Shown here: in pieces, positions 56,618 to 64,000 of the stretch
Layout: every line of letters starts with the position of its first letter
Position numbering within the stretch: the first letter of the stretch is position 1
NCBI GenBank assembly: GCA_050246755.1
Contig: JBFWVL010000001.1
Location: 1,056,001-1,120,000 of the forward strand
Direction: 5' to 3'
DNA: 64,000 nt
Source: Bacteriovoracia bacterium
Lineage (GTDB): Bacteria; Bdellovibrionota; UBA1018; CAIPTA01
Notes under the pieces: generated by a model
What the model was told of the DNA's origin: nothing
Databases searched by the model: none
What the model saw: the letters and a program-made list of their open reading frames with translations, nothing else
Program-made: the position numbers and the translations under genes

Positions 56618-57670
56618 TTACCTCGAGAGAAAGCGGTAAGGAGCCGCCGAGCGGTCCATCTTCATCATTTTCATATTGTAGTACTCATCGGCGTCGATGT
56701 CCCTGAAAGCTCCGCTCTCGAGCGCCTTACGCAAGTTCAATACTTCCTGGCGGATCGAGCTCACGGGCTTGTATTTCAAAACTTCGAGAATCTTCGCCGA
56801 AGAGATGTGATAGTCACGGTTATCGGTGGTGGCGGTAACCTTGATGTCGATCTGCTTGTCTTCCAGAACTTTGCGGATCGTTTGTGCGATCTCGATTACC
56901 TTGAGATTTTCGAAACCGAAATTGAACGTACGGCCGTTGATCAAATCGGCTGAAGCATCGAGCAATAAGCCGTAGAGATTGACCATGTCGGTCATACCCA
57001 CGTTCGGCCGGCGTTGTTCTCCGCCATGAACCGTGATCAAGTTCTTCTTCACGGCATCGGCGGTGAGCTTATTCACGGTGAGATCGAAACGCTGACGAGC
57101 GGAATATCCGCAGATGGTAGCCGGACGGATATTCACCGTGCAAAAATCGGGCGCGCTCGCCGAAACCACCAGCCACTCGGAAAGCATTTTGTACTTCGAA
57201 TAGAACGTAATGGGTTCCGGTTCCAGCGCCTCGCTTACATCTGGATCTTTTTTAATTCCGAAAACGCTGCTGGAACTGGCGTTGATAAAACGCTTTACGC
57301 CGCTTTTCTTCGCGTGGGAGAGTAAAAGGCCGACGGCGTCGAAATTATTCTGGCGCGTGATTACTTCGTCCACTTCTCCCGTGGGATCATTCGAGATGGC
57401 GGCTAAGTGAATTACCGAGTCCATGGATTTCATCGCGCGCTCGGCCACAGCCGGATCGCGCATGTCTTCTTTCAAGAACTCGAAACGGTCTTTGTACTTC
57501 GCCCAATCAGGAGATTTTTTCAGCGCCTCCACCCCGGCCTCACCATAGAGACAGAGATCGAGCACACGCACGAAATGGCCTTGCTCGAGCAGGTGAGGCG
57601 TGAGGCGGCTGCCCACGTAACCGAAACCTCCGGTAACGAGAACCCTTTTAGGGCTTGTGGATATAGTCAT
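56618..57670 (-). CDS. NAD-dependent epimerase/reductase (extended SDR)
   Basis: VTGG.GYVGS, IHLAAISNDP, SSSSVFG, YSKYK, RPAT.CG.S.RQR.DL.VN. Confidence 0.87.
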   Translation of the reverse strand: MTISTSPKRVLVTGGFGYVGSRLTPHLLEQGHFVRVLDLCLYGEAGVEALKKSPDWAKYKDRFEFLKEDMRDPAVAERAMKSMDSVIHLAAISNDPTGEVDEVITRQNNFDAVGLLLSHAKKSGVKRFINASSSSVFGIKKDPDVSEALEPEPITFYSKYKMLSEWLVVSASAPDFCTVNIRPATICGYSARQRFDLTVNKLTADAVKKNLITVHGGEQRRPNVGMTDMVNLYGLLLDASADLINGRTFNFGFENLKVIEIAQTIRKVLEDKQIDIKVTATTDNRDYHISSAKILEVLKYKPVSSIRQEVLNLRKALESGAFRDIDADEYYNMKMMKMDRSAAPYRFLSR

Positions 57671-58643
57671 GCGGCACGCTCCTCAGTTCATTCAAATTTC
57701 TGTCTATCCAGGCAAGGGTTTCTTCCAGCCCCTGATCCAATCCAATCTTTGCTTTCCAGCCTAGCTCCGTTTCGGCCTTGCGGCTGCTCAGCAGGTAAGC
57801 GGCGTCTTTTCCGGGACGGTCTCCCACCACCTCTACCGCCTCGGAGAAAGGAACTTTCATGCGTACGCAAATTTTCTCGACGAGCTCGCGGATGGAAATT
57901 TGCAGCGGAGTAGAGAAATGGAAACAGGCGGGCGGCTGACCCTCGAGAGTGGCGCGCCAGGTGCCTTCGGCCACATCGCGGATATGAATGAAGCTGCGCA
58001 CCGAGTGTCCGCCCCCATGGAGCTGGATTTTCTTTCCGAGGCGGATATAAAGCATCGTGCGGGGGATAATTCGGTAGAGCTGCTGGCCGGGACCGTAGAC
58101 ATTCGCCGCGCGCGTAAAAACTACGGGGAATCCGTAGTTTTTCTGGAAGCTCAGCAGGCTCATATCGGCGGCCGCGCGGGACACGGCGTAGGGAGTACTA
58201 GGATTGAAGCGGAAATCCTCTTCCACGAGCCCACTGCAGCTGCCGTACACTTCCGGAGTGGAAATATGCACGTATTTCTTAAGCGAGGGAAGCTTGCGCA
58301 ACCGATCGTGCATTTTCACGTTCGCCACCACGTTGGTCTCAAACCAGTGCTCGGGGTTCGTCCAGCTCTCGGCCACCATGCTCTGCGCGGCGAAGTTTAC
58401 GAAATACTCCACGCGCTCACCGGCGCAAATATCAATAAGCTTTGTTAGGTCGTGATTGATGTCGGTTTGGACAAATTTAAATTTATTTAGGTTCGGATTG
58501 TTCTTGTAAGGAAGAAACGCCGCGTGCGGCTCGGGCGAGCGGCTGGTGCCGATTACGCTCAGGCCCCGAGAAAGCAGATAATCTACGAATGCGGCCCCGG
58601 AGAAGGAATTGCTCCCGAGCACAAGAATCGGAGCCGAAGTCAT
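57648..58643 (-). CDS. NDP-sugar 4,6-dehydratase-like SDR (atypical motifs)
   Basis: GSNSFSG, NFAAQS.V..SW, STPEVYG, PSTPYAVSR, R..NVYGPGQ..YRIIP, R.FIH..DV, DRPGKD..Y. Confidence 0.8.
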   Translation of the reverse strand: MTSAPILVLGSNSFSGAAFVDYLLSRGLSVIGTSRSPEPHAAFLPYKNNPNLNKFKFVQTDINHDLTKLIDICAGERVEYFVNFAAQSMVAESWTNPEHWFETNVVANVKMHDRLRKLPSLKKYVHISTPEVYGSCSGLVEEDFRFNPSTPYAVSRAAADMSLLSFQKNYGFPVVFTRAANVYGPGQQLYRIIPRTMLYIRLGKKIQLHGGGHSVRSFIHIRDVAEGTWRATLEGQPPACFHFSTPLQISIRELVEKICVRMKVPFSEAVEVVGDRPGKDAAYLLSSRKAETELGWKAKIGLDQGLEETLAWIDRNLNELRSVPHDYIHKP

Positions 58644-58823
58644 CAGTGCCTCTGAACCCCGTTAAAAAACCGAGGCAAATCCAAGTCTTTCGCGTCTCGG
58701 CCAAATACCCGCTGGTTGCGAGCGAAAAATAGCTGTGATACGTCTTTGTAACCGACAAAGAACCACGAACTTGGCATGGGGCCAGGCTAGCATCATGAAT
58801 TTCTTCCAGCAAGGCATTTAGTT

Positions 58824-59894
58824 ATGCGCGCGGCCGTCTTAAAACAGCTAAATTCCGATCTCGCCATCCTCGAAAATATCCAAATTCCCGAGTTAAAAAA
58901 CGGCCAAGTTTTGGTCAAAATCGCCTACAGCGGAATATGCCATAGCCAGCTCATGGAAGTGCGAGGCCTTCGCGGCGAAGACAAGTACCTCCCTCATTTA
59001 CTCGGGCACGAAGGCACCGGCACGGTAACCGCGATCGGGGCGGGTGTTACGAAGGTGAAACCTGGGGACAAAGTGGTTTTGAGTTGGATTAAGGGCAAAG
59101 GAATCGAAGCCGGCGGCAGCGTCTACGCTCACGCCGCAATGAACAAAATTAACGCAGGGGGTGTTACGACGCTCTCCGACTGGAGCGTGGTTTCCGAGAA
59201 CCGCGTCACTCCACTACCCGAAGGAGTGCCGATGGATATCGGTGCCCTTTTTGGGTGTGCGGTACTCACGGGCGCCGGTATCGTGAAGAACGCCCTGCAG
59301 CCAAAATCGGGAAGCTCCATCGTGCTGCTCGGCTTGGGCGGCATCGGCATGAGCGCACTGATGGCCACCCATCTTTTCGAGTGCAAGACCATCATTGCCG
59401 CCGACATCAACGACTCTAAACTTTCCCTCGCCAAAGAACTTGGCGCCACCCATACGGTAAATACCTCCCGCGAGGATTTGCTGAAAACCGTGATGGAAAT
59501 TACGAAAGGCGCGGGTACGGACTATGGATTCGAGGCCGCCGGCCGAAAGGATACGATCGAGCTCGCTTTCGCCTGCATCAAACGGTTCGGCGGCAAACTC
59601 GTATTCGCCTCCCATCCGGAACAGGGCGCAAAAATTGAAATCGATCCCTATGATCTTATCTGCGGAAAACAAATCGTGGGTTCCTGGGGCGGAAGCTCGA
59701 ATCCGGATGAAGACATTCCGGCGTTTGCGAAGCTTTATCTCGCGGGCAAGCTACCGCTCGAAAAGCTCATGGACCGCCGCTACTCCCTCGACGAAGTGAA
59801 CGTGGCGTTAAACAGCATGGAAAATAACCAGGCGATGCGCCCTATCGTTTCCTTTGACGAAACGCAAGACGGCGGAGGCAAGCATGGCCGATGA
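58824..59894 (+). CDS. Zn-dependent medium-chain alcohol/polyol dehydrogenase
   Basis: GICHSQ, GHEG.G.V..IG.GV, GCAV.TG.G, GLGGIG; lacks the four-Cys structural Zn lobe. Confidence 0.87.
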   Translation: MRAAVLKQLNSDLAILENIQIPELKNGQVLVKIAYSGICHSQLMEVRGLRGEDKYLPHLLGHEGTGTVTAIGAGVTKVKPGDKVVLSWIKGKGIEAGGSVYAHAAMNKINAGGVTTLSDWSVVSENRVTPLPEGVPMDIGALFGCAVLTGAGIVKNALQPKSGSSIVLLGLGGIGMSALMATHLFECKTIIAADINDSKLSLAKELGATHTVNTSREDLLKTVMEITKGAGTDYGFEAAGRKDTIELAFACIKRFGGKLVFASHPEQGAKIEIDPYDLICGKQIVGSWGGSSNPDEDIPAFAKLYLAGKLPLEKLMDRRYSLDEVNVALNSMENNQAMRPIVSFDETQDGGGKHGR

Positions 59895-61374
59895 AGCTGA
59901 AATCGTACTGGCAAAAATCGCCGCCCTCAAAGCAAAGAGTAAGGGTAAGCCACGGGTCGTTTTCGTTTCCGGAAACTTCGACGTGGTTCATCCCGGTCAC
60001 CTGCGCTTCCTGAATTTTGCCTCCGACTGCGGAGACATTCTCGTGGTGGGCGTGAACTCCGACACTAAAGGCGAGGCAAGAATTTCCGAAGGCTTACGGA
60101 TCGAATCGCTACGATCGCTGAGCATGGTCGATTACGCCTTCATCCTCCGCGAGTCCGCTGGAGAATTCATCGAAAAACTCAAACCAGATTTCGTGGTGAA
60201 GGGAAAAGAGTACGAAGAATTAGAAAACGAGGAGCTGGATGCCACCGTAAAAAACGGCGGGAAACTTTTGTTCAGCTCGGGCGATATTGTTTTTTCCTCG
60301 CGAGATCTACTTCAGAAAGAGCTCGAACAGATCAATTACTCCAGCATCCGCCTTTCGAAAGAATTTCCGGTACGACACCGTTTTGATTTCGCGAAGCTGA
60401 AGAAAATATTGGCGCGGTTCACCGAACTGAAAGTTACGGTGCTCGGCGATTTGATCATCGACGACTATATTACCTGCGAGCCGCTAGGAATGTCGCAGGA
60501 AGACCCCACCATCGTGGTGGCCCCCGTCCAAACGAATCGCTTCCTGGGAGGCGCCGGCATCGTGGCCGCTCACGCACGTGCCCTCGGCGCCCAAGTAAAA
60601 TTTTTTTGCCTTTCGGGCCTCGATGAAGCCGCCGCATTCGCCAAGGAAAACCTTGCCAAGCACGGCGTGGAAGCCACGCTCTTCGAAGACGAAACCCGCC
60701 CCACCACGCTCAAGCAGCGTTTTCGTGCTCACGGGAAGACTCTATTGCGCGTGAGCCATCTCAAGCAGCACGAGATCGACCAAAAGATGATCGCGAAAAT
60801 TTTACCCAAGATCATCGCGGCCTGCGAAGCATCCGACCTGGTGATTTTTTCGGATTTCAGCTATGGATTTCTCTCGGCGCAGCTCGTGAACGAAATCACC
60901 CGCGCTTGCGTAGCCAAGGGCATCAAAATGGTGGGCGATAGCCAGTCTTCTTCGCAGGTGGGCGATATCCTGAAATTCAAGAACACCCTCCTCATCACTC
61001 CCACGGAACGCGAGGCGAGGCTCGCCCTGCAGGACTTCAAATCCGGGCTCGTAGTGCTCGCCAACGAGCTTCAGCGCCAATGCTCGTCCAGAAACGTGAT
61101 CATCACGCTGGGTTCCGAAGGAATCCTCGCGCATTCGAACCGCGAGGGCTCCAACGATATCGTGACCGACCAGCTTCCCGCGTTTAACTCTTCCCCTAAA
61201 GACGTGGCGGGCGCCGGAGATTCCCTTCTCACCTGCAGCTCCCTTGCTCTCGTGGCGGGCGCCAGCATCTGGGAGAGCGCCTACCTCGGCAGCGTAGCGG
61301 CCGCCTGCCAAGTAAGCCGCACCGGAAATATTCCGCTCTCGCTCGAAGCCATTCTGCAGGAGCTTTCACAATAG
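59884..61374 (+). CDS. Bifunctional cytidylyltransferase-family domain + PfkB sugar kinase (HldE/RfaE-like, reversed domain order)
   Basis: N-terminal GNFDVVHPGH.R.L, VGVNSD, KG.EY; C-terminal GD.I.D.Y, GGA..VA, T..K.R, SDF.YG, TP...EA, DVAGAGDS. Confidence 0.87.
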   Translation: MADEAEIVLAKIAALKAKSKGKPRVVFVSGNFDVVHPGHLRFLNFASDCGDILVVGVNSDTKGEARISEGLRIESLRSLSMVDYAFILRESAGEFIEKLKPDFVVKGKEYEELENEELDATVKNGGKLLFSSGDIVFSSRDLLQKELEQINYSSIRLSKEFPVRHRFDFAKLKKILARFTELKVTVLGDLIIDDYITCEPLGMSQEDPTIVVAPVQTNRFLGGAGIVAAHARALGAQVKFFCLSGLDEAAAFAKENLAKHGVEATLFEDETRPTTLKQRFRAHGKTLLRVSHLKQHEIDQKMIAKILPKIIAACEASDLVIFSDFSYGFLSAQLVNEITRACVAKGIKMVGDSQSSSQVGDILKFKNTLLITPTEREARLALQDFKSGLVVLANELQRQCSSRNVIITLGSEGILAHSNREGSNDIVTDQLPAFNSSPKDVAGAGDSLLTCSSLALVAGASIWESAYLGSVAAACQVSRTGNIPLSLEAILQELSQ

Positions 61375-62081
61375 TGCGTGCCTTGCTTTTAGCCGGAGGG
61401 TACGGAACGCGGCTTCGCCCCCTTACGCTTACTATTCCTAAATGCTTGGTTCCCATTCATGGACGCCCCCTCCTCGATTACTGGCTCGAGACTCTCGATT
61501 CCCCCAAGATCGACGGGATTCTGGTGAATACCCACTATAAACCGGAAGCCGTAAACGAGTTTATCGCCCAAAGCCGGCACCGGAAAAAAGTTACCCTGGT
61601 GCATGAGCCCAGCCTGCTCGGCACGGGGGGCACGATTCTGGCCAACGAAAGCTTCTTCGGCGGCGAAGATTTTATGGTAGTGCACGCCGATAATTTATCG
61701 CTTTTTCGTGTAGAAGACTTTATCCAGGCCCACAAAAACCGCCCCGAGAATTGCCTGATCACGATGATGACTTTCGAAACCGACTCTCCCTCCACCTGCG
61801 GGATCGTGGAACTCGACGCGAAGGGCTTGGTGCGAGCCTTTCACGAAAAAGTGCCCAATCCCCCTGGAAACCTGGCCAATGGCGCGGTTTATATCTTTTC
61901 GCCCGAAGTAATGACGATGCTAAAAGCTTTACGAAAGCCGGTGATAGATCTCAGCACCGAGATTCTTCCCCGGTGCCTCGGCAGAATCCTTACTTTCAAG
62001 AATACGCGGTACCACCGCGATATCGGCTCGCCCGAAGCGCTCGCGCTCGCGGAATCCGAAACGAAAAACCTGCTTACTTAA
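61374..62081 (+). CDS. Sugar-1-phosphate nucleotidyltransferase (HddC/GMPP-like)
   Basis: LLAGG.GTRLRPLT..IPK.LVPI.G.P, E..LLGTGG, ADN, F.EK, N..VY, DIGSPE. Confidence 0.87.
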   Translation: MRALLLAGGYGTRLRPLTLTIPKCLVPIHGRPLLDYWLETLDSPKIDGILVNTHYKPEAVNEFIAQSRHRKKVTLVHEPSLLGTGGTILANESFFGGEDFMVVHADNLSLFRVEDFIQAHKNRPENCLITMMTFETDSPSTCGIVELDAKGLVRAFHEKVPNPPGNLANGAVYIFSPEVMTMLKALRKPVIDLSTEILPRCLGRILTFKNTRYHRDIGSPEALALAESETKNLLT

Positions 62082-63136
62082 ACGAGATCCCAGGTAACGG
62101 CCGTGCCTTTTTTCGCGTCCTTCTTCACCGGACGGCCGAGCAACGTATCGTAGAATTTAGGCGCCAAGCCAAAACCCGGACGAACCGCGCGCAAATTTTT
62201 CGGCGTGAGCCTTTCACCGGCCTTCACGTCTTCCGCAATGTAGAGCGAGCGACGAAACTGGAGAGATTTCACCTCTTCACCGATGGGTCCGTAACTGACC
62301 ACGCCCATGGCTTGCTTCGCTCTCTCGGTTTCCAATACCAAACTCTTCATTTCCTCGGGCTCAAGCGAAAACGCCGAATCCACTCCGCCGTCGGCGCGGC
62401 GAAGCGTGAAGTGCTTTTCGATCACGCAGGCGCCCAGCGCCACGCTCGCCACCGAAACTCCGTTACCCATCGTATGATCGGATAAACCCACGTGGCATCG
62501 AAATAAATCTCGCATGTGCGGAATGGTGGAAATATTGGTGTTCTTCGGCGTAGCGGGATAGCTGCTCGTGCACTTCAGCAGGATGATCTGCTCGTTGCCC
62601 GATTCGCGGATCGCCTTCACCGCATCATCCAGATCCGCGATACTAGCCATGCCGGTAGAAATAATGACGGGTTTGCCGGTTTTGGCTACTTTACGAATGA
62701 GCGGGATATGAACGTTCTCGAAAGAAGCAATTTTGTAAAAAGGGTTATTTAGGCCTTCGAGAAAATCCACCGCGGTTTCATCGAACGGCGTGCTGAAGCA
62801 AATCAAACCTAGAGAAGCGGCTTTATCGTAAATCTGCTTATGCCATTCCCAGGGCGTATAGGCCTTTTTATAAAGATCGTACAAGCGCTCCCCGCTCCAG
62901 AGGCTGTTCTTGTCCTTCACTTGAAAATCTTCCGCGTCGGAATCCAGGGTGATGGTATCGGCGGTATAGGTTTGGATTTTAATCGCATCCACGCCGGTTT
63001 TGGCGGCGGCCTCGATAATCTCAAAAGCGCGCTCGATCGAGTGGTTATGGTTTCCGCTCATTTCGGCGATCACGAAAGGCTTATGGGAATCGCCCACCCA
63101 TTTATTGCCTAATTGAATATCCTTCATAGGGTTCAT
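62078..63136 (-). CDS. pseI: Pseudaminic acid synthase
   Basis: IAEMSGNHN, K.QTYTADTIT, AYTPWEWH, KIASFE, STGMA, LKCTSSYP, GLSDHT, IEKHFTL.R..GGVDS.FS, C-terminal SAF domain FRRSLY...RPG.GL.P. Confidence 0.93.
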   Translation of the reverse strand: MNPMKDIQLGNKWVGDSHKPFVIAEMSGNHNHSIERAFEIIEAAAKTGVDAIKIQTYTADTITLDSDAEDFQVKDKNSLWSGERLYDLYKKAYTPWEWHKQIYDKAASLGLICFSTPFDETAVDFLEGLNNPFYKIASFENVHIPLIRKVAKTGKPVIISTGMASIADLDDAVKAIRESGNEQIILLKCTSSYPATPKNTNISTIPHMRDLFRCHVGLSDHTMGNGVSVASVALGACVIEKHFTLRRADGGVDSAFSLEPEEMKSLVLETERAKQAMGVVSYGPIGEEVKSLQFRRSLYIAEDVKAGERLTPKNLRAVRPGFGLAPKFYDTLLGRPVKKDAKKGTAVTWDLV

Positions 63137-63143
63137 CATAGTC

Positions 63144-64000
63144 CTACTTTTGCTCGCGCACCATGGCTTCGACCACCCTGGCGCTGCCTTTGGTATCAAC
63201 AGTTTTCATCGCCAACGCTGAACAGTCAGCTAGCTCTCGGGGCCGCTGAAACAGTTCGGTCGCCTTTCGCCGTAAAAGCTCCGCGGTCACGATTTCGCTG
63301 CTGCCTGCCAGCCATTGCACGCCGAAAACGGCAGCCTCTTTGGTAACCACTTCCTGATTTTCCGCTACGGTGGTCACCAGCGCCGGCAGCCCCAGAGCGC
63401 AACGCTCCCAGGTGGACGTACCTCCGGCTCCGAAGCTAAAATCGGCGCCGGCCATCAAATCCGCCATATTGGTCACGTCGGTATGAAGCCGAAAATTTGA
63501 TTTTCCGCCGCAAAAAGCACGAATGGCGCCTAACTGCGGATTGGAACTTCCCACCACGATGTCGGTAAAGACGCCAAAATCGGCCGCGGCTTCGGCGGCC
63601 TTCAGGGTTTCGCCCGTGGAATCAATCCCGCCGTAGAAAATTAAAATCCGCCCCACTTTACCCGTACGGAGCTTTGTCTTTTGCCGGGCAAGCGCAAATT
63701 CTTCGCGCAAAAGAGCAAACTCGGGCCCCAAAAGGCATTTGGTGCTTTGGCTGATTTGTTTTGCGTAACGCTTCAACGGCGCGGCATAAAAATTTTGGTC
63801 GAGTAAAAGATCGGCGTCGAGCATGCGATCGCCAAGGTCATCGATGACCATAATTTTTTTACCAATTTTCCTGGCGGCCATATGCCAGGAGGAGTTCAAA
63901 GCGTAGTGATCCACCACCACCCAGTCGAATCCCCCTCCCACCGTTTCGCCGGTTTCTTCGGCGTCGTCAGCCACGCTCACGCCTAGCCAAGCCGAATGAT
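63144..64000 (-). CDS. pseG: UDP-2,4-diacetamido-2,4,6-trideoxy-beta-L-altropyranose hydrolase, C-terminal part (runs off the right edge)
   Basis: Frame stays open to the window edge (HSAWLGVS...DAEET), VVDHY.L, VIDDL.DR, LLDQN, GP.FALLR.EF, GG.D, GAGG.S.WERC.LGLP, A.NQ. Confidence 0.9.
   Translation of the reverse strand, partial: HSAWLGVSVADDAEETGETVGGGFDWVVVDHYALNSSWHMAARKIGKKIMVIDDLGDRMLDADLLLDQNFYAAPLKRYAKQISQSTKCLLGPEFALLREEFALARQKTKLRTGKVGRILIFYGGIDSTGETLKAAEAAADFGVFTDIVVGSSNPQLGAIRAFCGGKSNFRLHTDVTNMADLMAGADFSFGAGGTSTWERCALGLPALVTTVAENQEVVTKEAAVFGVQWLAGSSEIVTAELLRRKATELFQRPRELADCSALAMKTVDTKGSARVVEAMVREQK

Noticed and set aside
58771-58792. Possible sigma-54 promoter (TTGGCATG...)
   Set aside because: The GC dinucleotide is not at the required -12 spacing from GG and the TTGC element is absent.
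27-63500. Numerous 60-240 aa alternative ORFs in the six-frame track (e.g. 27..299, 36980..37663, 47414..48058, 61751..62485)
   Set aside because: They lie antisense or out of frame within well-supported genes and show no recognisable motifs; treated as shadow ORFs.
63144-63980. pseG as a truncated pseudogene
   Set aside because: The reading frame remains open to position 64000; truncation is due to the window edge.
1-64000. CRISPR arrays, tRNA/rRNA genes, transposases, integrases or invertases explaining the strand switching
   Set aside because: No regularly spaced repeats, RNA-gene signatures or recombinase motifs seen; intergenic gaps are all under about 200 nt and I found no shared inverted repeats flanking the blocks.

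Overview
The whole 64 kb window is one dense bacterial surface-glycan (LPS/O-antigen/capsule/glycoprotein-type) biosynthesis island of about 59 genes, truncated at both ends (rfbG at left, pseG at right). Recognisable modules: (1) CDP-3,6-dideoxyhexose synthesis (rfbF, rfbG, rfbH, cupin epimerase); (2) UDP-hexuronate synthesis (TviB/WbpO-type dehydrogenase plus uronate 4-epimerase); (3) a WlbA-D/WbpBDEI 2,3-diamino-uronate operon interrupted by a formyltransferase and a deacetylase and followed by an SDR, a polyprenyl-phosphate GT and a GT-C protein (Arn-like logic); (4) pseudaminic acid genes (pseF, pseG, pseI, pseH-like) with tailoring genes (DUF4910, FemAB-like GNAT); (5) an uncharacterised block with GmhA, a reversed cytidylyltransferase-PfkB fusion, a nucleotidyltransferase, a Zn-dehydrogenase, three SDRs, an orphan TPP-dependent E1 alpha/beta pair, methyltransferases and a carbamoyltransferase, which I infer makes a branched higher-carbon sugar. 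Also present: five GT-C-like membrane proteins, a WaaL/Wzy-like protein, a PglK-like ABC exporter, eight stand-alone methyltransferases and two carbamoyltransferases. The locus is split into 19 alternating-strand blocks with abutting or overlapping convergent stops. I saw no rRNA, tRNA, CRISPR array or mobile element. All calls come from motif recognition by eye; no database search was run.
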